Program-made: the position numbers and the translations under genes
In this document: positions 39,403 through 49,233 of the stretch, one piece after another
Layout: each line of letters starts with the position of its first letter
Numbering within the stretch: position 1 is the first letter of the stretch
Source of the DNA: Polyangiaceae bacterium
GTDB lineage: Bacteria > Myxococcota_A > Polyangia > Polyangiales > Polyangiaceae
NCBI GenBank assembly: GCA_965222375.1
Contig: CBDCTZ010000014.1
Coordinates: 768,001 to 832,000 of the forward strand
Reading direction: 5' to 3'
Length of the DNA stretch: 64,000 bases
The notes under the pieces: generated by a model
Database searches by the model: none
The model's input: only the letters and a program-made list of their open reading frames with translations
What the model was told of the DNA's origin: nothing

Positions 39403-40632
39403 ATGAAACTGAGATGGACTGCGCTGTTCGGCTTGGGGCTCATCGCCGCGCTGGCCAGCGCTTGTGGCGGTGATGACGACGCCGGTGGAAGTGGCGGCGC
39501 GCCGGGGAGCGGCGGTGCAGCGGGCAGTGCGGGTAGCTCAGGCTCGGGCGGCAGCGCCACCGGCGGCGTCGCCGGCGAAGCGGGTTCCGGTGGTGGGGCC
39601 GCGGGGGCCGCGGGCGCGGCGGGATCCGGTGGCAGCGCTACCGGCGGAAGCGCGGGCACGGGTGGAAGCGCCGGGGCTAAACAGGGCGTGTGGTCCTCGG
39701 CCGCGGAGCTGGCGGGCAAGCCCATGAGTGGAGAGGCGTGGACCGAGCTATTGAAGTTCGCCGACGCCGATACCTCGAGCCCCAACGTCTCGGATCAAAA
39801 TGATCCAACCAACGTGAGGGTACTAGCCGCGGCCATCGCTTTCGCGCGTGGCGGTGACGCCAAGTACAAAACCAAAGTGGAAGCTGCCTGCGTCAAGGTG
39901 CAGGGAACCGAGAAAGGGGGCCGCACTTTGGCTTGGGGTAGGGAAGCGGGTGCCTACGCCATGGCGGCGGATCTCGTCGGCTACTCGACCCCGGCGTTCA
40001 CCACGTGGCTCAAGAACGTGGCGGATGGTGAGAAGGGTTCGGACCTGAATATCACTCTCCGAGACATGTTCTACAAGCGACCGAACAACTGGGGCTCGAT
40101 GGGGTTAGGCTCGCTGACCGCGATCTATCGTTTCCTCGGCGATGACGCATTGCTCAAGAATGTGCGGGACTATTGGGCCCAAGGCGTGACCGGCAAGAAT
40201 CCAGGCCTCACCTACGGTTCAGACATCTCCTGGCACGTAGACCCTAACGATCTACGCTTGATCAACCCCAAGAGTGCCATGAAACAAGGCGTGAACATCG
40301 ACGGCATCATCCCCGACGACATGCGTCGAGGCGGCCCCTTCACGACCGGCACTCCCACCGGCACGGGCTATCCCTGGGAGTACTTGCAGGGCGTCCTCAT
40401 GGGCGCGCGCGTCCTCGAGCGCGCCGGCATGGAAATCTGGTCCGTCGACGATCAAGCCATTCGCCGTGCTGCATCGGCACTGCAGGATCGCATCCAGGGC
40501 AGCTTCACTTGCACGGGTGATGACCTCTGGCAGCTCGCGTTCCTCGATCAAGCCTACGGCACGAGTTGGTCCGGCTCTCAAAACGTCTGGCGCGCCGGAA
40601 AGAACGCAGGCTTCGCTTATGTTCTGCCCTAG
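39403..40632 (+). CDS. Lipoprotein with alginate-lyase-like helical domain
   Basis: Lipobox LASAC; Gly linker; NNWG, DMRRG, Y.W..LQG pattern. Confidence 0.6.
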   Translation: MKLRWTALFGLGLIAALASACGGDDDAGGSGGAPGSGGAAGSAGSSGSGGSATGGVAGEAGSGGGAAGAAGAAGSGGSATGGSAGTGGSAGAKQGVWSSAAELAGKPMSGEAWTELLKFADADTSSPNVSDQNDPTNVRVLAAAIAFARGGDAKYKTKVEAACVKVQGTEKGGRTLAWGREAGAYAMAADLVGYSTPAFTTWLKNVADGEKGSDLNITLRDMFYKRPNNWGSMGLGSLTAIYRFLGDDALLKNVRDYWAQGVTGKNPGLTYGSDISWHVDPNDLRLINPKSAMKQGVNIDGIIPDDMRRGGPFTTGTPTGTGYPWEYLQGVLMGARVLERAGMEIWSVDDQAIRRAASALQDRIQGSFTCTGDDLWQLAFLDQAYGTSWSGSQNVWRAGKNAGFAYVLP

Positions 40633-40652
40633 CGCGAAGGTAGCTGATTTTG

Positions 40653-40784
40653 GGTTGGGGTCGCGTGCCCTGTCTGACACTGGGCCCCTAATCTCGCGCT
40701 AGGCCTCGCTAGTTCGCGAGGCGCGCCGCGTTGCCCATTTCTAGAGTAGTGGCCCAGGTCCGCACCAACTCCGCGACCCAAAAC
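40653..40784. repeat. Dispersed repeat copies F (minus, 40653-40705) and E (plus, 40732-40784), back to back
   Basis: F: GGCC-N6-GA-GATTAGGGGCCCAG-N16-CGACCCCAACC. E: TGCC-N6-TA-GAGTAGTGGCCCAG-N16-CGACCCAAAAC. Confidence 0.8.
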
Positions 40785-40922
40785 CCAGATCCTAGAAAGC
40801 TACGGCACCACGACGTTGCTCAGAGGACAGTCGTACGTGCCACGGGTGCTCTTTCCTGCAAACTCGTCGAACGGAGAATGACGCGCTCAGGAACTGGCTC
40901 GTGAGCGGCGCTCTTCCGTGAG

Positions 40923-42656
40923 GTGCCGCTTTCATCTTGCTGGCAAAGATTGCCGGCAAGACTTGCCTGCGGGGAGAGTTTCTCGACGAAGAGCGCGCAG
41001 ATCCAAGCCATTTGGGAATGGACCGATTCCTGCTCGGCTGCACCCGTGGTCAACGACACTTCACTTCGCAGCCCGACAGGGACGTTCAACTCATCGCGCT
41101 GGCTATCGACGTTGATCTGCCTGGGCGCAGTGGGATGCGGCGGCGGCGAATCCGTTGCGGGACCGCCAGGACCCGGGGTCGAACCGCCGGACAAAGCCGA
41201 GTTCAACGGGAAAGCCGACGGCGCCGCCATTGCACGTTGGTGCAAGAAGCTTGGAGAGCCTGCCTTCTGCGACATCTGTGACAAGGCCGGCTGGTACAAC
41301 GATGGGACGTGCGAGACGTTTTGCCAGCAACCCGACCTCGACTGCCAACCCATCGAAGAACGGTTGAAATACGGCACCATTGGCACCGAGGCCGAAGGCA
41401 TCCCCTACTGGGTGTGGCAGGCACTGCCGCACGCTTACCCGGAGCTATTGCCGGATAGCGGGTCTGCTCTCGACTACTCGCGCTTTGGCTTCCATTACGA
41501 ACCAGGGCGGACCACTCCCGTGGGCTTTTCGATACAGAAGCAATTCGGACGGCCGGAGGTAGTGGCGACAAACTGCGCTGCCTGTCACTCCGGCACCTAT
41601 CGAGTCAGCGAAACTGCGCCCCGCCAACTCATTCTGGGCGCTCCGGCCCATCGCGCCGACCTGCAGCGTTACGTTCGATTCCTGCAATCCACGGCGGCTC
41701 AGTCGGACTTCGTAGACCGAGTCGCTGACGCGATCGAAAACATCTCGGATTTGAACGCGGTCGAGCGCGTCGCCTACCGGCCGATCGTCCGCCTGACTCA
41801 GAAGGGAATCAGCTCTCTCGACGACCGCTACGCGTGGACCGCTTCGCGTCCGGACTGGGGTCCTGGTCGCATCGACCCGTTCAATCCCGTCAAGTTCCAC
41901 CAGCTCGGTCTCGACCCCAGCAGCGACACATCGGTAGGCAACAGCGATATGATGTCCCTGTGGAACCTATCCCCACGCGCGCTGCATTGGGACGGCCTCA
42001 ACAGCAACGCTCGGGAGGTCGTCCTGAGCAGCGCCATCGGCACGGGTGCAACGGCAGAATCGCTTCCGATCGGCCAGCTGGAAGGCGTTGAGACCTGGCT
42101 GCGAGGCCTCCGAGCCCCGGCCTATCCTCTCGAAGTCGACGAGCAGCTGGCGGCGCAGGGCGAGGTGTCGTTTGCTCAGCACTGCGCGGACTGCCACAAG
42201 ACCAGCGGCTCACGCAGCGGCTCCGTGATCCCTCTTTCAGAGGTGGGAACCGACCCAGCGAGGCTGGAGATGTGGACCCAGCAAGCGGCCGATCGCTACA
42301 ACGCGCATCTGGAAGATCCCGCGCTGAGATTTTCACACTTCCGCAAGACTGAGGGCTATGTCGCTGTACCTCTCGACGGAGTATGGCTGCGCGCGCCGTA
42401 CTTGCACAACGGTTCGGTCCCCACGCTGACGGACTTGCTATCGCCGGCTGCGGAGCGGCCGACTAGCTTCTGGCGAGGGTACGACGTCCTGGACCAGTCG
42501 CGCGTAGGTTTTGACAGTTCGAGTTCGACGGCGCAGTCCGCGGGCAGCCTCTTCGAAACATCCCTAGCAGGCAACGGAAACGGCGGTCACGAATTCGGGA
42601 CCCAGCTGCCGGCGACGACCAGGAGAGCTTTGGTTGAATACCTCAAGACCCTCTGA
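40923..42656 (+). CDS. Diheme cytochrome c lipoprotein (RoxA/CcP-MauG-like motif)
   Basis: CAACH, CADCH, APYLHNGSVP, GN.GH; lipobox LGAVGC. The true start is probably downstream of 40923. Confidence 0.8.
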   Translation: MPLSSCWQRLPARLACGESFSTKSAQIQAIWEWTDSCSAAPVVNDTSLRSPTGTFNSSRWLSTLICLGAVGCGGGESVAGPPGPGVEPPDKAEFNGKADGAAIARWCKKLGEPAFCDICDKAGWYNDGTCETFCQQPDLDCQPIEERLKYGTIGTEAEGIPYWVWQALPHAYPELLPDSGSALDYSRFGFHYEPGRTTPVGFSIQKQFGRPEVVATNCAACHSGTYRVSETAPRQLILGAPAHRADLQRYVRFLQSTAAQSDFVDRVADAIENISDLNAVERVAYRPIVRLTQKGISSLDDRYAWTASRPDWGPGRIDPFNPVKFHQLGLDPSSDTSVGNSDMMSLWNLSPRALHWDGLNSNAREVVLSSAIGTGATAESLPIGQLEGVETWLRGLRAPAYPLEVDEQLAAQGEVSFAQHCADCHKTSGSRSGSVIPLSEVGTDPARLEMWTQQAADRYNAHLEDPALRFSHFRKTEGYVAVPLDGVWLRAPYLHNGSVPTLTDLLSPAAERPTSFWRGYDVLDQSRVGFDSSSSTAQSAGSLFETSLAGNGNGGHEFGTQLPATTRRALVEYLKTL

Positions 42657-42727
42657 TGCACCGGTAGCGTGTGATCAGCACCGGCCGCGCGAAGAATCCA
42701 CCAAACCCTACCAAGCCGGAGACGACC

Positions 42728-43804
42728 ATGTGGCGCAGAAAAAACTTCCTCATCATTTTCCTCAGCATCGCGGCATCGTCTGGTTGCGGCGACACCTCGA
42801 CGAAGAGCGCTCCCACGGACGGGAGCAAGCAACCGCCGGTAGACCACGACAGTGGGCAAGCGCCGGTGGACCACGACAGTGGGCAAGCGCCGACAGTGCC
42901 GATAAATCCTCCGCCGATCGGCGGTGAACAACACGACTACTTCAACGCGCTCGCCCCGTCTGCCCTCTATGCATACAGTCTTCGCGACCAGGCGGAGATT
43001 GACCGTTACTCATGCGCAGGGAGCGCTTGCCCCAACAGTGTAGTCACTTATAGTCCCCAAACCGACGACTACCACACACCACAGGATGCAGCCCGGTTCG
43101 AGATCCGCGGCCAGGATCACCCGGAACGGAACGGTGTAGCGGAGTCCGACCTGGCGAACCAGGTTCGACTGCCTGTCCCCATCTCGACCACCGATGATGG
43201 TCAGACCTACGTGCTGACCTGGGATTTCTGGATGGGCCCTGAGTTCCAGACGGAAAACCTGGTAGATCCAGCGAGCGGAAAACAACAGGTCGGGAGCTAT
43301 AAAGCGTTTCACCTGTGGGCTCATCACGATCGGTCCGACGGCACAAAGAGGAGCAAGTTTTGGCGGTTCGGAGCGGAAGTTGGCAAAAGCAACATCAATC
43401 TCCCGAATGTGGCCCGCCTCTGGAATCAAGTGACCCAAGCCGAAGTGGGACCAGATGTTGTCGACGTCGAACCACTCTCGCCCTTCACGCCGTATTCCGC
43501 GCAGGTGTCAACGTGGACGCGAATGTGGGTTGTCATCACGCAACATCCCGGATCGGTAGATGACAAGGTGAGCATATGGATTGCGGACGAGGAGCGCGAA
43601 CCAGTGAAAACACTGGATAACCTCACTGTTGAAATCCCGTACGATGCTTTCGAAACCAATATCGGGATCAGCGGCTTTACCGTTCACTTTGATACGTCTA
43701 GCCGTCGCACACTCGGTGGCGGTCGGATCGTTGGTTATGTTCGCAACGTACTGATGCTTCAAACACCAGATATCGAGCCACTGCTGGTCAAGCCAAGAAC
43801 TTGA
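42728..43804 (+). CDS. Hypothetical lipoprotein with a 27-bp internal tandem repeat
   Basis: MWRRKNFLIIFLSIAASSGC; PVDHDSGQA x2 (42836-42889); visibly more AT-rich than its neighbours. Confidence 0.75.
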   Translation: MWRRKNFLIIFLSIAASSGCGDTSTKSAPTDGSKQPPVDHDSGQAPVDHDSGQAPTVPINPPPIGGEQHDYFNALAPSALYAYSLRDQAEIDRYSCAGSACPNSVVTYSPQTDDYHTPQDAARFEIRGQDHPERNGVAESDLANQVRLPVPISTTDDGQTYVLTWDFWMGPEFQTENLVDPASGKQQVGSYKAFHLWAHHDRSDGTKRSKFWRFGAEVGKSNINLPNVARLWNQVTQAEVGPDVVDVEPLSPFTPYSAQVSTWTRMWVVITQHPGSVDDKVSIWIADEEREPVKTLDNLTVEIPYDAFETNIGISGFTVHFDTSSRRTLGGGRIVGYVRNVLMLQTPDIEPLLVKPRT

Positions 43805-44027
43805 AGCCCTCGCCAACGCAGTGCGAAACAGCGACACCCGGGCCACACTCAGCCCACAGACGAATCAAGCAAGGCGCTTACTGGCGCCATCCGCCCGGTA
43901 CGAACGCTCGGGACGACAAAGAACAACATCAACGCCCTCTCTGATTGTGGCCGCAGCGGGCAGTCCCCAGGGCCGTGAGCAGATCCGGTGACGGATGGGA
44001 GCGCGGGGCAGCACACTGCGCTTGCGC

Positions 44028-44585
44028 CTAGTTGTTTCCGGGTGGCACCGCGACGTTGCCGAGAGGGCAGTCGTACTCCAACGTGAAGAAGCTCGGCGTT
44101 CCGATGCACACGCCCAAATCCAAATAGGACCAGCCGAGCAGCAGGTTGGAGTCGCCGGGGATGAGGGCGACGAGAGGGTCCCGCATGCGACCCGTGAGCT
44201 CGAAGAACGGGTTTCCCCCGAGGCCATAGTCGATCAAGAGGCCGCGGTCGCAGCCCTTGGGCACGCGGCGACCAGTCGGTGACACCACGTGATAGTGCCC
44301 GAACGTCATCGGCACGCCGTTCTTCTGTTGCGGGATGCAAGGCTGATCGAGGGCGTTCTGCACCAAACGCACGTTCCAGCCTCGAAGCACGCCGAGTTGC
44401 TCGTCGTTGTGGAACGTCTTCTTGAACTTCTTCCAGGTCAGTCGCTCCACGAAACCGGGCAGACCGAGGCTGGTGCCCTTGTATTCCTTGTCGAAGAGGG
44501 ACTCGGGATCGATGGGGTGGCCCCTTCGTAGCTCGGCCAGGAGCTGCTTCTTGGACAGGGCTAGAAATTCCGACGCGGTTCGCAC
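44028..44585 (-). CDS. Conserved hypothetical protein, related to 4518..5081
   Basis: W..F.KTF, G.NVR, LLIDY...NP, RD.L, LLG. Confidence 0.7.
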   Translation of the reverse strand: MRTASEFLALSKKQLLAELRRGHPIDPESLFDKEYKGTSLGLPGFVERLTWKKFKKTFHNDEQLGVLRGWNVRLVQNALDQPCIPQQKNGVPMTFGHYHVVSPTGRRVPKGCDRGLLIDYGLGGNPFFELTGRMRDPLVALIPGDSNLLLGWSYLDLGVCIGTPSFFTLEYDCPLGNVAVPPGNN

Positions 44586-44703
44586 GCGGCGAATGTAGCG
44601 CCTTGTTCTAGTTTTGGGTGAGACCCCTGTCCTCGGCACCGAGCCTCTTCGGGTCTCGCCGGTGGCCAAGTTGCCGAAATAGCACGGTAGCTACGGGCCG
44701 GCG

Positions 44704-45324
44704 CTATTGCAGCGGAAACGGCGAAAGGAAGAAGTCCGTGGCCGCCGACTGAGCGTGACAATTGACACAAATGCTCACACCGAGTCCCTCTGCAGCCGCG
44801 GTTCCGGTCGTGGCGTCGAAGGTCTCGTACCAATACAGGTTCTGCCCTCCGGCGCTGTCACTCTTGACCTTCACCCACACCGCCCAGCCCGTCGGCTTGT
44901 CTGAAGTGTCGAGGAACTCCTTGACCGTGGCTGCGCCTGCCGGGTGAGAACCCACGGCGTTTTGCAGGCTCTCACCCAGCTTGGGACTCACATAGGTGCG
45001 CACGCTCGAGGCGTGGGGACCGGCGGACGCGTGAGCCGCACTTTCCCGGTCCCAGGACTGGTAACTGCCAGCCTGCAGAAACGCAAGCAGGGCGCCTGGC
45101 TCGATCGGTGCGTCGCAGGGACTGCCCTCGCAGCTGCTCGAGCCACCGGCACTGCCGCCGCCGACCCCGGACGTGCCGCCGCTGCCGCCGACTCCGGAGG
45201 TGCCGCCGCTGCCGCCGACTCCGGAGGTGCCGCCGCTGCCGCCGTCGCTGGAGTCGTCAGAGCAGGCCGTGGCGAGCAGGGCCACAAAAACCATGGGGAT
45301 TGTCCCAGTAATAATCCGCATCAT
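44704..45324 (-). CDS. Cytochrome P460/c'-beta family lipoprotein
   Basis: GAATVKE, WVK, YWYE, C-terminal CVNCH then DFF; lipobox LATAC. Confidence 0.75.
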   Translation of the reverse strand: MMRIITGTIPMVFVALLATACSDDSSDGGSGGTSGVGGSGGTSGVGGSGGTSGVGGGSAGGSSSCEGSPCDAPIEPGALLAFLQAGSYQSWDRESAAHASAGPHASSVRTYVSPKLGESLQNAVGSHPAGAATVKEFLDTSDKPTGWAVWVKVKSDSAGGQNLYWYETFDATTGTAAAEGLGVSICVNCHAQSAATDFFLSPFPLQ

Positions 45325-45402
45325 CGCTACTGACTTAGCTCAGAGGAGCGCCAGCGGTTACGAGAATTCCGAGATGACGCGGCGCAGCTTGCTCAGTCGT
45401 GC

Positions 45403-46107
45403 TTGACGCGGCCCGCGGGCCGGGGATCGAATCCGCGCGTGACGGCGAGCTATTTCGACGTGGACGGGACCTTGATCTCCACGAATCTGGTCCATCCCAC
45501 GCTCTTTTATCTGAAGAATCAGGGCACGCCGGTGCAGACAGCGCTGCGCCTTGGACGAGCACTGATGCGCGCACCAGCCATGGGGCTCGCCGAGTTGGCG
45601 GACCGACGCACCTTCAACGAGCTGCTTTATGCGTCGTACCAGGGCATGAGCGAAGATCGCCTGGTGCTGCTCTCGGACGAAGTATTCGAAGACGTCATTC
45701 GCCCGGCGATCTTCGAACACGCCAAAGAGCTGGTCCGTCAGAACGTCGATCGCGGACATCGCGTGGTGCTCATTTCCGGTGCGCTGGACTTCATCTTGCA
45801 GCGGCTCGCAGATCATCTGGGTGCCCATGAAGTCATCGCCAATCGTCTGGAGATGAAAGACGGCCATGCGACCGGCAAGTTGCTGAAGCCCGTCGTTGCT
45901 GGGCCAGAGAAGGCGCGACTGATTCGCGAGCACGCCAAACGCGGCGGCTTCGACCTGGAAGAGTGCTACGCTTTTAGTGATAGCTATTCGGACTTGCCGA
46001 TGCTTAGCGTCGTGGGCCACCCGGCGGCCGTGAATCCCGATCAGCGTCTGACCCTACTGGCCAAAGCCTACAGTTGGCCGAGCTTCGACCTGCGCGCCAG
46101 CGCTTGA
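45403..46107 (+). CDS. HAD-IB family hydrolase
   Basis: FDVDGTL, ISGA, K, FSDSYSDLPML..VGHP..VNPD. Confidence 0.92.
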   Translation: MTRPAGRGSNPRVTASYFDVDGTLISTNLVHPTLFYLKNQGTPVQTALRLGRALMRAPAMGLAELADRRTFNELLYASYQGMSEDRLVLLSDEVFEDVIRPAIFEHAKELVRQNVDRGHRVVLISGALDFILQRLADHLGAHEVIANRLEMKDGHATGKLLKPVVAGPEKARLIREHAKRGGFDLEECYAFSDSYSDLPMLSVVGHPAAVNPDQRLTLLAKAYSWPSFDLRASA

Positions 46108-46114
46108 ATCAACC

Positions 46115-47692
46115 ATGACCCACCCCTGCGTAGTCACCCTCGAGCGGGACAGCCGCCCGCGGGTATTGTTTTCCGGTGATCAGCTGGTCGAAGTCGACCT
46201 GCCCGTCGGCAGTCGGGTGATCTATCCCAAACCACCCATCGAGCCCTTGAAGGATCCGGACGCGGCGATTCGCTATGCCCTGAATCACCCGCTGGGCAGC
46301 GAGCCGCTCTTCGCCAAGCTCCGGCCTGGCATGAAGGTCAGCATCGCTATCGACGACATCAGCGTGCCGCTGCCGCCGATGCGGCGTCCGGATGTGCGTC
46401 AGCGTGTGCTCGAGATCGTGCTGGCGTTTCTGGCGGACAACGCCATCGACGACATCGAGATCATCATCGCTACGGGCATTCACCGACGCATGAAGGCCGC
46501 GGAGGTGCGGCACATGGTCGGAGATCGCGTATTCGACCAGTACTGGCCGGATCGTCTGTACAACCACGATGCTGAAGATCGCAGCAACCTAGCCGTGGTG
46601 GGCACCACGGACATTGGCGAAGTCATCGAGATCAACAAGCGCGCTGCCGAGAGCGATCTGATCATCTACGTGAATCTCAACTTCGTGCCCATGAATGGCG
46701 GGCACAAGTCACTGATGACGGGCCTGGCGAGCTATCGAAGCCTGAGCCACCACCACAATCCGGAAACGATTCGCGCTTGCGACAGCTACATGGATCCGAA
46801 GGCGAGCGAGCTCTCCAACAGGCTCACGCGCATGGGGCGGGTCGCGAACGCAGCTCTGAACGTGTTCACGATCGAAACCACGATCAATAACCGCATGTTC
46901 GACCCGAACCTGTCCTTCCTCTCCAAGAACGAAGACGACTTGGACGGCCGAGAACGCGGTTTGTTGAGCGGCTTGGTCGCGACCACGAAACGGCTGCCGC
47001 AAGGTGCGCGACAGGCCGTGTTCGAAAAGTTTCCGGCTCCCTACGGCATGACGGGCGTGTGGGCTGGCGAGACCGAGAGCGTGCACGAGAAGACCCTGGA
47101 GCGCTGTTTCGAACAGTACTCAGTGCCCGTGACGGGTCAGTCGGACGTTCTCGTGCTGCCGATCCCGTACATCAGCCCCTATAACGTGCATGCCTACCTG
47201 AACCCGCTGTTGGTGAGCGTGTTGGCCGAGGGTTATCTGTTCAACATGAACCGTGGCGTGCCGCTTCTCAAGAAGGGCGGCACGGTGATACTGACGCACC
47301 CCTGTAGCGACAAGTTCGACCACGAGCAGCACGCGCCCTACATCGAGTTCGTGCATCGTCTGCTGCCCGAGACCCGAGACGCAGCCGAGCTACACAAGCG
47401 TTACGAGAAGAAGATGGCCACGGACCCGGCCTTCATTCAGATGTTTCGCACCGGCCATGCCTACCATCCCGCCCATCCCTTCTTCATGTGGTACTGGGGC
47501 GAAAATGGTCGCCAGCACGCGGGTCGGGTGATCGTCGTCGGCGCCGACAACGAATACATTCCCAAACTGCTGGGCTGGGAAACGGCTCCGAACATGGACG
47601 AGGCGCTGTATCGCGCCAAAAACGGCGAGACCACATCGCTGTCGGTGAGTTGCCTCAAGGTACCCCCCATCGTGATGGCCGACGTGCGCTGA
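46115..47692 (+). CDS. LarA-like (DUF2088) domain protein
   Basis: ALNHPLGS.PL, IDDIS, ATGIHR, NHDAE, GGHKS. Confidence 0.85.
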   Translation: MTHPCVVTLERDSRPRVLFSGDQLVEVDLPVGSRVIYPKPPIEPLKDPDAAIRYALNHPLGSEPLFAKLRPGMKVSIAIDDISVPLPPMRRPDVRQRVLEIVLAFLADNAIDDIEIIIATGIHRRMKAAEVRHMVGDRVFDQYWPDRLYNHDAEDRSNLAVVGTTDIGEVIEINKRAAESDLIIYVNLNFVPMNGGHKSLMTGLASYRSLSHHHNPETIRACDSYMDPKASELSNRLTRMGRVANAALNVFTIETTINNRMFDPNLSFLSKNEDDLDGRERGLLSGLVATTKRLPQGARQAVFEKFPAPYGMTGVWAGETESVHEKTLERCFEQYSVPVTGQSDVLVLPIPYISPYNVHAYLNPLLVSVLAEGYLFNMNRGVPLLKKGGTVILTHPCSDKFDHEQHAPYIEFVHRLLPETRDAAELHKRYEKKMATDPAFIQMFRTGHAYHPAHPFFMWYWGENGRQHAGRVIVVGADNEYIPKLLGWETAPNMDEALYRAKNGETTSLSVSCLKVPPIVMADVR

Positions 47693-47847
47693 GGAGGCTC
47701 TGTCCCTCAACAGGTGAGTTTTCTCAGCTGGCAGGAGCCAAGAGCACGGTCAAGGCCTGCGGTCTGCTCCGCAAATCAGAGCTCCCCAGGCAAAGCGCGC
47801 AAATATTTCGAACGCTTGCGCCGGCCGCATCGGTTATTGGTCTTCTC

Positions 47848-49233
47848 ATGCGATTCTTTCGCGTCGCTGCACTTGGCCTCGTCGCAATCGTTGCGACTCG
47901 AGTTGCCAGCGCCGCGGAAACCGAAGCGCGTGCCGACGACGGAGACCGCTTCGACCTGAGCGTGCAGGGCGAGACTTACGTCGAAGTATTTCGCCGCGCG
48001 CTGCTTCCCGGGGCGTCGGGTAGCCTGGTCGAGACGGACACGGCGCTGCCCATCCACCAATACGTGCGCCTGCGTGCTCGCGACTTGGATACGGGCTGGC
48101 GCAGGGACAGCTTGGATGTGGAGCTCTCCGCCTACGGCCGGATATGGCCGGGGGACGCGGACACGGAGCGTCAATACGACGGCGATGTGCAACTAGCGAA
48201 CGTCGGCTATCGACATGACTTTCTTCAGTTGCGCCTGGGCCGCCAGGTCCGTGCAGGCGGCGCCGCGCGCTACGTCCGCTACGACGGCTTGAGTCTCGGA
48301 GCGCAGTTCAGCGGCTTCAGCGTGGAGGGGTACGGAGGGCTCACCGCCCTACCGCGCTGGGACGGTCGACCTGGCTACCACCACTTGGGGTCCGCTCAAG
48401 ATACGCTGATTCGAGATCCCGACGCACTGCCCGAACCAAGCCGCAGCGGTTATCGGCTGGGTGGTGGTCGTCTCGGTTTCGCCTCGCCCAATGTGGCCGA
48501 ACTCGGGGTTTCGTTTCACGAGCAGCACGAAGAGGGCGAGCTGGCCCATCGCAGCCTAGGCGCTGATGGTCGCTTCTTGATGGTGGACGACCTGATCATC
48601 GCGGGTAGCGGTGTGCTCGAGTTGGATGCGCAAGACATCGCAGATGCCCGAGTTTGGGCGGACTACCATGCAGCTCCGGAGCTGGATCTAGGGGCGGAAT
48701 ACCTGCACGCGGAGCCCGCCCTGTACCTGAGTCGTCAGAGTGTTTTGAGCGTGTTTTCCGCTGACGCCTACGACGAAGCGGGTGGCCGCGCCACGCTACG
48801 CCCCTTCGACCGCTTCTCGATTACGGGTGGCGGTTGGGTCAACTTCTACAACGACGGTGAGCGCGGTGCCCGGTCTCGAGTTGCCTTGAAGTACCACCCC
48901 GGAACGGGCAGGCGCACCCTGGTTGGTCTGAGCTACACGCGAATGGTCGCGGTCGACAATGGCTACCATTCCTTGCGCGCATCGGTGGCTCGGCACATTC
49001 ACGCGGGCCTATCGGGCACTCTGGAGGCTCACGCGTTCTTCTACGACGAGGAAATCTCTGGGTACACGACGTCCACTGTATACGCAGGCACCCTGAGTTA
49101 TGCTTTCAGTCCGGCGTTCAACTTGCTCTGGGGCGCGTCTCTGGCGCAGTCCCCCTATGCGAAATTCGACGCGCAGTCCCTGCTTCGAGCCGCGTACGTC
49201 TTCGATGCTTCCTCCCAAGGAGGAGCCCAATGA
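47848..49233 (+). CDS. Putative outer-membrane beta-barrel (cytochrome-associated porin)
   Basis: Signal peptide; LRLGRQ...DG motif; alternating beta strands ending AAYVF; ATGA-coupled to the dodecaheme gene. Confidence 0.7.
   Translation: MRFFRVAALGLVAIVATRVASAAETEARADDGDRFDLSVQGETYVEVFRRALLPGASGSLVETDTALPIHQYVRLRARDLDTGWRRDSLDVELSAYGRIWPGDADTERQYDGDVQLANVGYRHDFLQLRLGRQVRAGGAARYVRYDGLSLGAQFSGFSVEGYGGLTALPRWDGRPGYHHLGSAQDTLIRDPDALPEPSRSGYRLGGGRLGFASPNVAELGVSFHEQHEEGELAHRSLGADGRFLMVDDLIIAGSGVLELDAQDIADARVWADYHAAPELDLGAEYLHAEPALYLSRQSVLSVFSADAYDEAGGRATLRPFDRFSITGGGWVNFYNDGERGARSRVALKYHPGTGRRTLVGLSYTRMVAVDNGYHSLRASVARHIHAGLSGTLEAHAFFYDEEISGYTTSTVYAGTLSYAFSPAFNLLWGASLAQSPYAKFDAQSLLRAAYVFDASSQGGAQ

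Noticed and set aside
43830..43852. Possible seventh repeat copy (minus strand GAGTGTGGCCCGG), and a weak one near 44610-44650
   Set aside because: Each has only one box, with wrong spacing; too degenerate to call.
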